This document shows, piece after piece, positions 50,774 through 61,008 of a DNA stretch of 64,000 nt. Origin of the DNA: Lepidodermella squamata (Eukaryota; Animalia; Gastrotricha); the NCBI GenBank assembly GCA_047495785.1, contig JBLDXI010000019.1, forward strand, positions 2,542,001 through 2,606,000. The letters run 5' to 3'. Each line of letters begins with the position of its first letter. The first letter of the stretch is position 1. The notes below the pieces were generated by a model, which was given only the letters and a program-made list of their open reading frames with translations, was not told where the DNA came from and searched no databases. The position numbers and the translations under genes were made by a program.

Positions 50774-51910
50774 GGTCCAAATACGAATTTCTAAACGAAG
50801 GTTAATAAATCACTATATTCGACAGTTTGATGTAGTTGTGATTTTCAAATGTTAATTCTGAATTCGATCATAAGGGGGATTTCTTTTCTGCGAAAAGTGC
50901 CCAATCATCCGCATTGGTTTCATCCAATTTCATTCATGCAGGTTCCAATAACTGCTATGATCGTCGGTAGCAATTTCGCTAACATTCAGCTAGTAACTAG
51001 CATTAGTGCAAAAAGTAAACATGAAGTCATTCTTTAAATTACTACTCATTTATTATTCGTTAACATGTCGCAACTGCGACTTTCAATGTAAAAAAGTAAA
51101 AACCATAAAAGAAAATTAGGCAATAGACATCGAGTCTATTTCTGAATAGTTCACAGGAATGCTATTTAGCCTTAAGCGCTGATCGTTGTGGTGCTTGGCG
51201 GAGGACCACGGCGGGGTCCATGACCACTGAAACCACCAAAGCCTTCGGTGCCATTCGGAGGAGGTCCCGGGAAGGTGCCATTGAAGTTTGGAGGTGGGCC
51301 GGGGAAAGTTCCATTGAAGTTTCCATGGGTGAAGTTGCCGCCAGTCGGTGGTTGAGGGCGACTGCCATCAGAGGCTCCGCCGAAGCCACTGCCATTGCCG
51401 CGAGCTTGAACGACGATGAGGTAAGCCGACACGAGGGCGAGACTGGCAAGAAGAGTCAGAAAATTCATTGCTGAAATAGCTTGAAGTTGAAATTAATTGT
51501 TGATTTGAGATGTGAGTTTGTTGCGATGCCTGTAACCGGTAAATCGCAGCCCTTAAATAGGCTGATTGTTGGCTCCGGCAGCTCCGAGTTCAGAAAAGAC
51601 GTGGCAAGCCGCCCTCGTGTTTTTTTGCTCGGCGCTTCAACAAGCATGGCTAAAGCTCCTGTAAGAAGTGTCGCACTGACCCGAGTCATAGAAAAAACTG
51701 GATTGATGCACACGAAGGCATCTTGTTGAGCATGAATCTACTGTTTCCTTTTCCAGTTGAAAATTTCATATTATACTAGTTTCATATCAGTTTTTTCAAC
51801 TGAATTAATGAGCTTGAATTAAGACACCAACACGAATTGCGTAGGTCGCGCTATAAAATGAACTATTTCCGTTTTTGTATCAATTCCTCTGGTGAAAGCA
51901 TCGAGTCACT
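50774..51910. repeat. Segmental duplication, partner at about 56304-57570 (offset about 5.66 kb)
   Basis: Core containing the peptide gene and about 250 bp upstream is near-identical; flanks are alignable but visibly diverged. Outer limits are approximate. Confidence 0.85.
51172..51468 (-). CDS. Secreted Gly/Pro/Asn-rich small protein, copy 2 (98 aa)
   Basis: Near-identical to copies 1 and 3. Confidence 0.82.
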   Translation of the reverse strand: MNFLTLLASLALVSAYLIVVQARGNGSGFGGASDGSRPQPPTGGNFTHGNFNGTFPGPPPNFNGTFPGPPPNGTEGFGGFSGHGPRRGPPPSTTTISA

Positions 51911-52551
51911 TACCCAAGTTTGGTAAAATTTTAAGTAATAAGTACGAATTACGCAGTAGTTCGCGCAGCCGGCAGTTATGAACTGTTTCCTTTTCTTTTC
52001 TGAATTGAATCCCGTGCAATCCCGTGATAATGATCAAAATGCTAGTTTGCGTGAAGATGTAATGTTGATATCCAGGTATATATACCTGCTCGCGATGATA
52101 TAGGCTTTTGGGTCAAATTGAGCAATTCCATGCAGTGTGCGCAGGGTGCGATCTTAGATCCGGAAGCTGCCAGGGATGGAACATTTTTCCCTGAAAGTCG
52201 CACACAGCCATCCTTTAGCCAAAGGAGCTTAACCCCTTTCTCCACTCCGCGAGGAAGCAAAAACCAAGAAAACTCCGACTGTCTACAGGGTAACGCTTTT
52301 TTTGTTAGCACGAGCGCCGATTTTGCTATTTCCGCGAGCTTCAGCCAGGTGTTTAAATATTACGAAAGAAAAAACGTTCGCAGAACATTTAGCTGCCTTA
52401 GGGGAAGAAACGCTAGGAACGCGACATAAAAAGTGGGGGAGTGGCTGAGTAAACGATGCTCGCAAAGTTTTATTCGCATTCGAACCTCCCCCTCAGTTTG
52501 GAAGCCTATAAAAGACATATCTGTGTGTCAGAGTTGACATAATTCCCCAAA

Positions 52552-53361
52552 ATGCTCGGAACCAGTTTTTCTCTCCTTCTGCTCGCTTGCAGCGCACTGT
52601 CGACCGCAGCCTTATATCTTGGCGAATACAATTGCAAGACAGATTCCGACTGCGTGGACCTCAACGCTGCTTGCATCAAACACTGTGGGGGTAAGACACT
52701 GTGTGAATGCAAAGGTGGCTACATTCCAGCTCTACCTGACGTTGACCACCCCAGGCATTGGTGCTACAAGACAATGAACTGCACGACGGTAACCATTCAT
52801 CATTTGTTATCTTGCAATTTATATATGGAATGACTTTCTGACAAGGACGCCCAATGCAAAGCGTACGACGGAGTTTCTTTCTGCCATATTGGGAAGTGTG
52901 TCCCCTACAACAAGGCTGGCAATGTTTTCTCCACGCCCAGCTGGATGGCGGGTTGGGATATCGAAAATAATCCCGACATTGTAATTGACGGCGAAGGCAA
53001 ACTGAACACGTGGCCTGCTTTCATGAAAAAATCAACTACTCCTCCTCCCGCTGGAGATTACACTGTCCCTAATGTTGCCAATGGCGTAATTCAACTCAAT
53101 TCTACGGGCTGCTACTACAAAGAGCAATGCGCCGACCCGAATTCACAGTGTTTCGGAAGCTCCGTGGCCCGTGACAAGCCAACCAATGCTGGTACCTGCC
53201 GTTGCCGAGGCGGCTATAGCATGTTCCCCACCAACCAGGAATCCCCGAAATATTGGTGTTACACAAGGATGGCTTGTTTGGTAGCGAGTGATTGTCTCCC
53301 TGGTGCAAATTGCATTGGCGGCTGGTGCAACCCTAAACGTTATGATCCGAAAACCGCTTAG
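52552..53361 (+). CDS. Secreted cysteine-rich protein B, paralogue of A. Exons 52552-52788, 52846-53361
   Basis: Signal peptide; similar Cys scaffold and same intron position as 35972-36755; shared TP[AS]WMAG[MW]D linker; TATAAAA at 52507-52513; AATAAG near 53408. Confidence 0.88.
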
Positions 53362-53668
53362 ATTCTATAATCTACATCTATCCATATTACAAGGATTAAC
53401 GTATCAAATAAGGATAAAGGTTATAGTGCTGTTATTTTCCTAGCAGATATTTTCCTACGAAATCTAATCACCGGGTAGGGCTCTGCAGTAAGGATTTCTC
53501 CGAAAGGACTCAGTAAATATACTATCACTCACGAATTCAAAGATCCAGTGAATTTATTTTTGCTTCTTAAATTAAAATATTGTAATTATGACATTTTTGA
53601 CATGCTTGACGTAAGTCATAATCAAGCCAAACAAAGACAGTGTTAGCAAATATTTCTCAGTCATTCAA

Positions 53669-55000
53669 TTAATTTTTTTCTACAGGAACAAAGAGGCAAC
53701 CATCAAACTTAGAAAGCTTTTCTGCGTCATTTTCAATCAAAATGCGTGATCGGAAATTCATGAAATCGTCGCGCATGATTTTCAACTGGCTATAGGCTAA
53801 TTTCCTCATAAAACGGGGCATAGGCTGCGCTTTCGCCATAGTTGCAAGTTCATCAGCCAGTTCCAACTCGAGTTCCACCACACAGAAGTACTCGGTAACG
53901 TCATCGATTTTAGGTAGCTCTGGCAACCATTTGTCGTGAAATCTTGCAATATCAGCCAGCATCTCGGACTGACCCGGTAACTTGATCGTTCCGTCAACCA
54001 CAGCGCAAGCAAACTCAGCATCGAGCCTCAGTTTACGAGTAGTAAGCGCATAAGCCTTTCCAATGAAAAATAACGAAGGTAAAGCTGGATGAACTACGTG
54101 TTTGTAAATCGGGAACAGACATGGCAATTTATCGAAATCCAGCTCGAGCTCGTTTGACAGCGGATGAGACTGGCGATATCCTGTTGCGAAAACAATGGCG
54201 TCAACATTTGCCGTAGTCCCATCTATGAAGAACGCCGTTTTGCCAACAGCTTTGGCAAGATTAGGCCGAAGTTTGACAGGGCAATTGTCATTTTCCGAAA
54301 ACCAGAAAGGTTTGAAACGATGCCAGGATAAATAAACCTCAGGGCAACGCCTTGCCAAGTTAGCTGTGAGATCCATACCACCAAATGAAGTGCCAACAAT
54401 CAGCACCCCTTTACCGGACAGGGATGCCGGCTCGTGAAGTTCTTGGGAGTGGGAAATAGTTCCGGTAAATAGCTTAGTATCGAATTCGGGAGGTATAACA
54501 GGCTTGCGATGCTGCCCACAGCAGAAGAAAACGTAATTGAAATGCTCGGCCTGAACCTCACCGGTTGCAATATTTTTGGACTCAACAATCGCCGTTTCAG
54601 GATCAGCCGGGTTTCGATAAACGTTCTTAACCAGGGTGGAGAATCGGATGAATCGCGCGAGATTGAAATTCCGCGCGAATTCTTGCAGGTATTGAAGATG
54701 TTCAAAATGCATCACGAACGTCCTTTTGGTGATATGCTCGGGTAATGGAAAGTCAGGGTGTATCTCCATTAAGAATCGATGAGTATTCGCTTGCAAGCCA
54801 CGGTACATACTGCTTTTGATTGGAAAGCCTTCATTTGATGTATCTGGCTTTTCTACGCTCGGTACCCATTCGCCTCCAATTTCATCAGAACCCTCAAAAC
54901 ACACAACTTCCAGTTCAGGGTAAACAGGAAGAAGCCGCTTTTGAATGGTGTACAAGGCGACCAAGCCGGCAGGGCCAGCTCCAATAACAGCTATTCTCAT
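53669..55000 (-). CDS. Intronless flavin-containing monooxygenase (class B)
   Basis: FAD motif IAVIGAGPAGL, IGGEW, SSMYRGLQAN, FMO motif FTGTISHSQEL, NADPH motif VLIVGTSFGG, DAIVFATGY. Confidence 0.92.
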   Translation of the reverse strand: MRIAVIGAGPAGLVALYTIQKRLLPVYPELEVVCFEGSDEIGGEWVPSVEKPDTSNEGFPIKSSMYRGLQANTHRFLMEIHPDFPLPEHITKRTFVMHFEHLQYLQEFARNFNLARFIRFSTLVKNVYRNPADPETAIVESKNIATGEVQAEHFNYVFFCCGQHRKPVIPPEFDTKLFTGTISHSQELHEPASLSGKGVLIVGTSFGGMDLTANLARRCPEVYLSWHRFKPFWFSENDNCPVKLRPNLAKAVGKTAFFIDGTTANVDAIVFATGYRQSHPLSNELELDFDKLPCLFPIYKHVVHPALPSLFFIGKAYALTTRKLRLDAEFACAVVDGTIKLPGQSEMLADIARFHDKWLPELPKIDDVTEYFCVVELELELADELATMAKAQPMPRFMRKLAYSQLKIMRDDFMNFRSRILIENDAEKLSKFDGCLFVPVEKN

Positions 55001-55779
55001 ATTGATTCTCTAAAATGAAGACATAAACATTAGAAAATGAAAGATCAGCCGTTGGGGATGAACTCTGGATGAACTCTGGATCTATCGGTTACATCCATAG
55101 TAGGGCCCGTGGGTGATTTTTGGAGTTACGATCCGGCTCAGAATAAGAAAATGGGACAAAAATGAGACCTGAGAAAAGATTCCGGATTCCGGTGCTAGGT
55201 GATAAGCTGATTTCTCCGGGTCAGATAAAAGTGAATTGTTACTTTATAATAGTTATACTTCAGTTGTTCCCTTTTCAAATAAGTGTGAAGAAGAAGATAA
55301 TAGCCGCTTGCCAAGTAGAAGATAGTGTAATCAAGTGTAACCAAGTATGGGGCACGTATTTTTTCTGTAGAATGTAAAAGCGGCCACTATAGCTGATTAC
55401 TATAGTTGATTACGCTACAATGCCACGGCAGCTTTGGGTGTAGCGCTATCGCTGCGGAACGTTAAGGATTGAGACCTATTTAGAACCATCTGCTTAAAAT
55501 CAACTAGGATATCGAAAAATATCTGGGTTGAAAATTGGTATTTGGTAGCAAAACTGGATACTAGGTGAAATTGAGAAAAACAGTTCAGCCAAAAGATATA
55601 ATACCTAGATTTTGTCTTTTATTTCAAATTAAAATTCATATAAGAAATATTGCTGCTGCAATCCTTTGATATAATTTCACGATTATCAAGCACAGTAAAA
55701 ATATAGACATCAAGCCTATATCGTGAATCGGAATTGCGACGGAAAGTTTGTTTAACTAGGCGCGCTAATCGCTGTAGTA

Positions 55780-55985
55780 CTAGGCTGAGGGCTGAGGACG
55801 ATGGCGGGGTTCACCGAAACCACCAAAGCCCCGAGTGCCATTCAGAGGAGGTCCGGGAAAGGATACCAATGAAATTCGCCGGTCTGCGTTAAATTTGGAA
55901 GGGCATAAAGCTATCAATTTGCAAAGGGGACAAGTCACATGCACTTACTGGGTGAAATTTCCGCGGGTGAATTTGCCACCATTCG
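55780..55985 (-). pseudogene. Degenerate fourth copy of the Gly/Pro/Asn-rich peptide gene
   Basis: NGGKFTRGNFTQ ... NFIG / (frameshift) FPGPPLNGTRGFGGFGEPRHRPQPSA*; no signal-peptide exon is visible. Confidence 0.65.
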
Positions 55986-56065
55986 ATTTAAGTTCTTTAA
56001 TTAAAGTTGAAAGACGCGTCGTAGGGCAAAACTCTTGACGGGGAAATGTAGGCCATGTCTCAGGG

Positions 56066-56287
56066 ATTCTGGCGACACCAAATTCCTGTCTCAAAACACG
56101 GATTGCACAGGAATCGATCTGAAAAAACTGTGAACAATTTGTATTAGAGCCAGAAATCAGAACCAAGCATTTGACCCAATTATTAGACCCAGATTGTGGC
56201 GCAACAATCGAATATTACAGTTTTTCAAATTGAATCATAATCCGTAATCCATGATGTTTTGAGCCAACAATTTGGTGTCGCCAGAAA
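56066..56287. mobile_element. Small inverted-repeat (MITE-like) element
   Basis: TTCTGGCGACACCAAATT at about 56068 and AATTTGGTGTCGCCAGAA at about 56269; TSD not resolved. Confidence 0.5.
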
Positions 56288-56487
56288 TTTCCCCCATGTT
56301 ACAGGTTCAAATACGAAATACAAATTTCTAAACGAAGGACAATAAATCCCTCTTTTCGACGATTTGACGGCTCTGTGATTTTCGAAATCTAAATTCTGAA
56401 TTCAGTCATTAGGGCCGGTCATTGCCGATGCTTACTAAGCTAAATTTCTTTTCGAATAGTGCCCAACCATCCAACAACCTCATCGTC

Positions 56488-56667
56488 GCATTCGCACCTT
56501 GTTTTACCGCCACAGTGTTTAATGCAAGCAGCGTTGAGGTCCACGCAGTCGGAATCTGCCTTGCAATTGTATTCGTCAAGATATAAGGCTGCGGTCGAAA
56601 GTGCGCTGCAAGCGAGCAGAAGGAGAGAAAAACTGGTTCCGAGCATTTTGGGGAATTATGTCAACTC
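56488..56667 (-). pseudogene. Truncated inverted copy of the 5' end of Cys-rich gene B
   Basis: MLGTSFSLLLLACSALSTAALYLDEYNCKADSDCVDLNAACIKHCGGKTRCEC matches 52552-52710; homology ends abruptly, and the TATA box was not copied. Confidence 0.85.
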
Positions 56668-56829
56668 TTACACGCAGTACATGAAGTAATTCTTTGAATA
56701 GCTACTCATTTATTATTCATTAACATGTCGCAACTGCGACTTTCAATGTAAAAAGTAAATCCATAAAAGAAAATTAGGCAATAGACATCGAGTCTATTTC
56801 TGAATAGTTCACAGGAATGCTATTTAGCC

Positions 56830-57126
56830 TTAAGCGCTGATCGTTGTGGTGCTTGGCGGAGGACCACGGCGGGGTCCATGACCACCGAAACCGCCAAAGC
56901 CCTCAGTGCCATTCGGAGGAGGTCCCGGGAAGGTGCCGTTGAAGTTTGGAGGTGGGCCGGGGAAAGTTCCATTGAAGTTTCCATGGGTGAAGTTGCCGCC
57001 AGTCGGTGGTTGAGGGCGACTGCCATCAGAGGCTCCGCCGAAGCCACTGCCATTGCCGCGAGCTTGAACGACGATGAGGTAAGCCGACACGAGGGCGAGA
57101 CTGGCAAGAAGAGTCAGAAAATTCAT
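56830..57126 (-). CDS. Secreted Gly/Pro/Asn-rich small protein, copy 3 (98 aa)
   Basis: Near-identical to copy 2 (one amino acid difference, S/G). Confidence 0.82.
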   Translation of the reverse strand: MNFLTLLASLALVSAYLIVVQARGNGSGFGGASDGSRPQPPTGGNFTHGNFNGTFPGPPPNFNGTFPGPPPNGTEGFGGFGGHGPRRGPPPSTTTISA

Positions 57127-59058
57127 TGCTGAAATAGCTTGAAGTTGAAATTAATTGTTGATTTGAGATGTGAGTTTGTTGCGATGCCTGTAACCGGTAA
57201 ATCGCAGCCCTTAAATAGGCTGATTGTTGGCTCCGGCAGCTCCGAGTTCAGAAAAGACGTGGCAAGCCGCCCTCGTGTTTTTTTGCTCGGCGCTTCAACA
57301 AGCATGGCTAAAGCTCCTGTAAGAAGTGTCGCACTGACCCGAGTCATAGAAAAAACTGGATTGATGCACACGAAGGCTGCTAGTTTAGCTTGAATCTACT
57401 GTTTCCTTTCCAAGCTGAAATTACACTAATTTCAAATGACTTTCAACTATTTTTATGCAAATTATCCTGAATCCCCTGACGGCCTCAGCATGAAGAGCGT
57501 AGGTCGCACTGGCCACAATAATGAACTATTTCCGTTTTAGTATCAATTTTTCGGCTTAAAGCATCGAGTTTCAGTTTTCACACAAGCGTAAGGTAAATAG
57601 CTCTCGGTGAATCCTGCATGTTTAAGGAAATTATGCGAAAAATGGGAATAAGGAACAATACGTAAGCATGATTTCATTGAGGCTTTTTCGAAGATTCTTT
57701 AGATAGGTACATTCAAAAAATCGCAGCCAGTCAAATTACGCCGCTACCTTAACTAAATATTCCCTATTATATTCCCTATATCGCAACCAATAAATTTGCA
57801 AAACCTAATTGCTCAGATTTGTTTTTTTGGGTGGTAGCTGCTGCATATTAGGCTCACTAGTTTCACCTTGAAAATTACCGTGCCGATTACCGTAACGTCA
57901 ATCGTCAATTGAATGCGGGTGCAATTTTTTTCAGTATAAAATTAAATTTTAAATTTAACAAAGCAGCATTGTGCCATAGACAAAAGAAAAAGACCGCGAA
58001 AACCCTTGTTCTATCCTCGTTTTGCCGTCCAGAAGAATAGCATTGTTTGCCTATAGGTAAAGCAATAGAGCTCAGGTTTTCAGCGCTCGTAAAAAATTCC
58101 ATCCACTTAAACTACAAAATTTAATGCCAATTGGGCATTCGGGATGTTTGGTCCTATCTGTAGGAATAAAAACAGTAGGAATTAACGACGCTAATTCTGA
58201 AGATTGAATAATCTTGTTTATCGGCCATAGCTTTTGATACCGTGAAATCGCGGTGTTAAAGAGTGTAAACAGCTGCAAGTGATGGGAATGTGAAATGTGA
58301 GAATGTGAATCACTTCTAACCGTACACACTCTTGTAACTTCCAAACTTCTAGACTTAAACTTCTATACCGATTTCCTTTATTCAGTACCTTGACCATTTC
58401 AGGCTGGTGCGAGATAAGCGGGCTTCAACTGAATTTTGTTGGTATCCCTATTCATGTTTTTGAAGTGATTTGATGACGCTTATTTTTGCAGGTCTGGTCG
58501 GTTCTCGTCTTCAGGCCGATGAGACAGAAGCATCGGAAATAACCGCAGTTATCCGGCTCATTCATCAGCCGATTCTGACTGGGATTCAGGCGAGACTTGA
58601 CGGGGTCATCTTCAGAGCTGCATACTTCAGGTATAAAGTTGAAATCATCAGGAATGGGAAACTAGGGGATAGTAAATGTGGTTGCATCCGCTGTGCTAAA
58701 AAATGAAATCATTCTATCAAAGCCCAACTATATCAAGCTCAGAAAAAGCAATTTTTGTTTATTTTAATTTGATTATGTAGGTATCATATCGTTCTCAACA
58801 GTTTGTTGCTATCGATTCATAGATAAATAAATGCCACTTATTTATCAATGGATCGATTAATAATTTTCTACTCTCTCATTCATCGATTCATAAAAACTTG
58901 ACGCACGTGCTGTAACATGAAAGATTTTTGTTTTTCTCAAACTTGTTCAGTCCTGAAATTGTTCAGTTCACCACTTAACCGACGACCGGTAGAATAAAGA
59001 GAAGCACACATTTTAACGTTAAGCTGACGCGGCGCAAATAAACGGGGCATCACCTGCA

Positions 59059-60219
59059 ATGACTGTTATCTCGCATCTTCGGGCTGACCTGTCATCACTG
59101 CAATTCATCACCATGAACATGAAGCACTACGTTGGCATCAGCATTGCTTTTGTCGCGTTCTGGATATCGTCGATATCAGTCTTGTTCCTTAACAAGCATT
59201 TCCTAACTGCTTCTCGGCTCAACTTCACCCTGATCGCTGCTCAAAATGTCGTCGGCGTTCTCTGCTCATTGGCTCTGTTTTTCATCAACAACCGAAGCAT
59301 TGTGAAATCTGTTGCTGAACCTTTGCTCCGAGTACCGAAAATGCGCCGACTTCTGCTTATCCTTATGGTAACGACTAGCCTCAGTCTCGCCCTGAACAAC
59401 ATTTGCCTCAGATTCGTCAACGTGTCCTTCTTCCAAGTCGTTCGGTCTTTGAATCTGTTGACTACGGCATTCTTCTCTCTGATAATTCTCCGCCAAACAC
59501 AGTCGAGGAAAAGCGCCGGCTGTTGCTTGTTGGTCCTCTCTGGATTCTGGCTTACAGTCGACCAAGAAAACGCCTTAGGAACTCTTCAAATTACTGGTGT
59601 TATCGCTGGCTTATCGGCAAGTTTAGTTCTGGGTCTTCACGGCGTTCTTCAACGCCAGACCTCTGACGTTGCCCTCGAAGCTTTGCCGAATCACCGAGGC
59701 CAGTTGGACAATATTGTCACGTTTATCACAAGCTTTGTGTCGCTTCCATTTCTACTGCTCATGGCATTTTTTGCCGGTGAATTTGGCATCGCTCGCCTTG
59801 AAACAACGCCCGAGTTTTGGGGAAAGGTCGCCTTCAGCGGTCTTCTTACTTTCGCGATTTCTATCAGCAGCAACGCCTGCATTCGTTTGACTTCTCCGCT
59901 GAGCCATAATGTGTCTGTTCAGACGAAGGCTGTCGCTCAAACACTGCTGGCCTGTTGGTACTACGGCGATACGAAGAACACGTTGTGGTGGACTGGAAAT
60001 TTAACGGTCATTGCTGGCGCAATCTTGTACACTTATGTGAAGATTTCCGAGCAGAAAAAGGCGTTTCTTGCTGGTGAAAAATCAACGCCGCTACTAACTG
60101 GCAAGAACGAAAGCATCTCAGCTGGCTGTAATGCTTCTGAAAGTAATAATGCCGATTCGAAACTCAGTGACGATGTTAGCGTTACCTTCCTTGACAGTGA
60201 TGCTGAACACAAAAAATGA
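59059..60219 (+). CDS. SLC35C1: Intronless nucleotide-sugar transporter, GDP-fucose transporter SLC35C1-like
   Basis: FWISSISVLFLNKHFL, NNICLRFVNVSFFQVVRSL, GFWLTVDQE, TSPLSHNVSVQTKAVAQT, WWTGN..AGAILYTYVK; about 10 TM helices. The true start may be a downstream Met (about 59113). Confidence 0.85.
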   Translation: MTVISHLRADLSSLQFITMNMKHYVGISIAFVAFWISSISVLFLNKHFLTASRLNFTLIAAQNVVGVLCSLALFFINNRSIVKSVAEPLLRVPKMRRLLLILMVTTSLSLALNNICLRFVNVSFFQVVRSLNLLTTAFFSLIILRQTQSRKSAGCCLLVLSGFWLTVDQENALGTLQITGVIAGLSASLVLGLHGVLQRQTSDVALEALPNHRGQLDNIVTFITSFVSLPFLLLMAFFAGEFGIARLETTPEFWGKVAFSGLLTFAISISSNACIRLTSPLSHNVSVQTKAVAQTLLACWYYGDTKNTLWWTGNLTVIAGAILYTYVKISEQKKAFLAGEKSTPLLTGKNESISAGCNASESNNADSKLSDDVSVTFLDSDAEHKK

Positions 60220-61008
60220 AACTATTAAATTATTGATGATTTGCTGCGTGCTAGAAGAATGACGTAATAAACATGTTAATGAAGCGAGTTTTACTTTGTA
60301 TTTTATGTCGTGTGGAAAATCATTTTCAAAGAAGCAATGGTATAAATTCACAGCCAATACGTCGCGCGCATCAACATATAAACAACATGATCTTTTGATA
60401 GATTGCTCCTTCGAGGAACGTAGCTGAAAAGTTATCCATGGAAACCGCTTTTCCTTACAATATATAATAGATGATGCTGCACGTCAGCACTGGTTTCGCA
60501 ATGCAATTATCTAGGGCGTGATGATTTGTGGTCAATGTAGCTTCATAACATCTTCACAACAACGCTTTTAACTTGATCTGTTCTACGATATTCATATGCC
60601 GTACATCATGTGTCATAGAAACAATCAAAATCGCATCACATGCGACATGATTTGCAGTGCAGTACACGTTTTGGCGAACATGCGCTTCTTCGAAACATAC
60701 AATATAATGGGAAATTGAAGCCACAAGGCTATAATATAGGGATATTTTATTCACTTATAGGTTTTAAGAACATTGATGCCGCGTAGACCGGGAGAACAAA
60801 ATTACAGACGAACAATTAGAACATTACGTGAAAACTATCGAGTTCCAATTCATCAGGTTTCTCCTTCTAATCGGTTACCCGTTTGTGTTGCGGTATCGTT
60901 TTAAAAGGGGTTTACGGGGGCCTATATAGGTAAGATAATTAGGATCTAACATAAGGCACACAGCGCAATTGTCATAATTTGGCCATTCGAGTAACAGAAA
61001 TTTCCCGT

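Noticed and set aside
54430-54475. FMO motif ending in L (FTGTISHSQEL) as a sign of inactivation
   Set aside because: The ORF is intact and the other FAD/NADPH motifs are present; this single deviation is too weak to interpret.
35457-55011. Acceptor-like sites just upstream of the ATG in HDC, peptide copies 2/3, FMO and the PiT genes as proof of general trans-splicing
   Set aside because: Plausible cis donors exist upstream for several of them, so 5' UTR introns explain them equally well. Kept only as weak context for the operon hypothesis.
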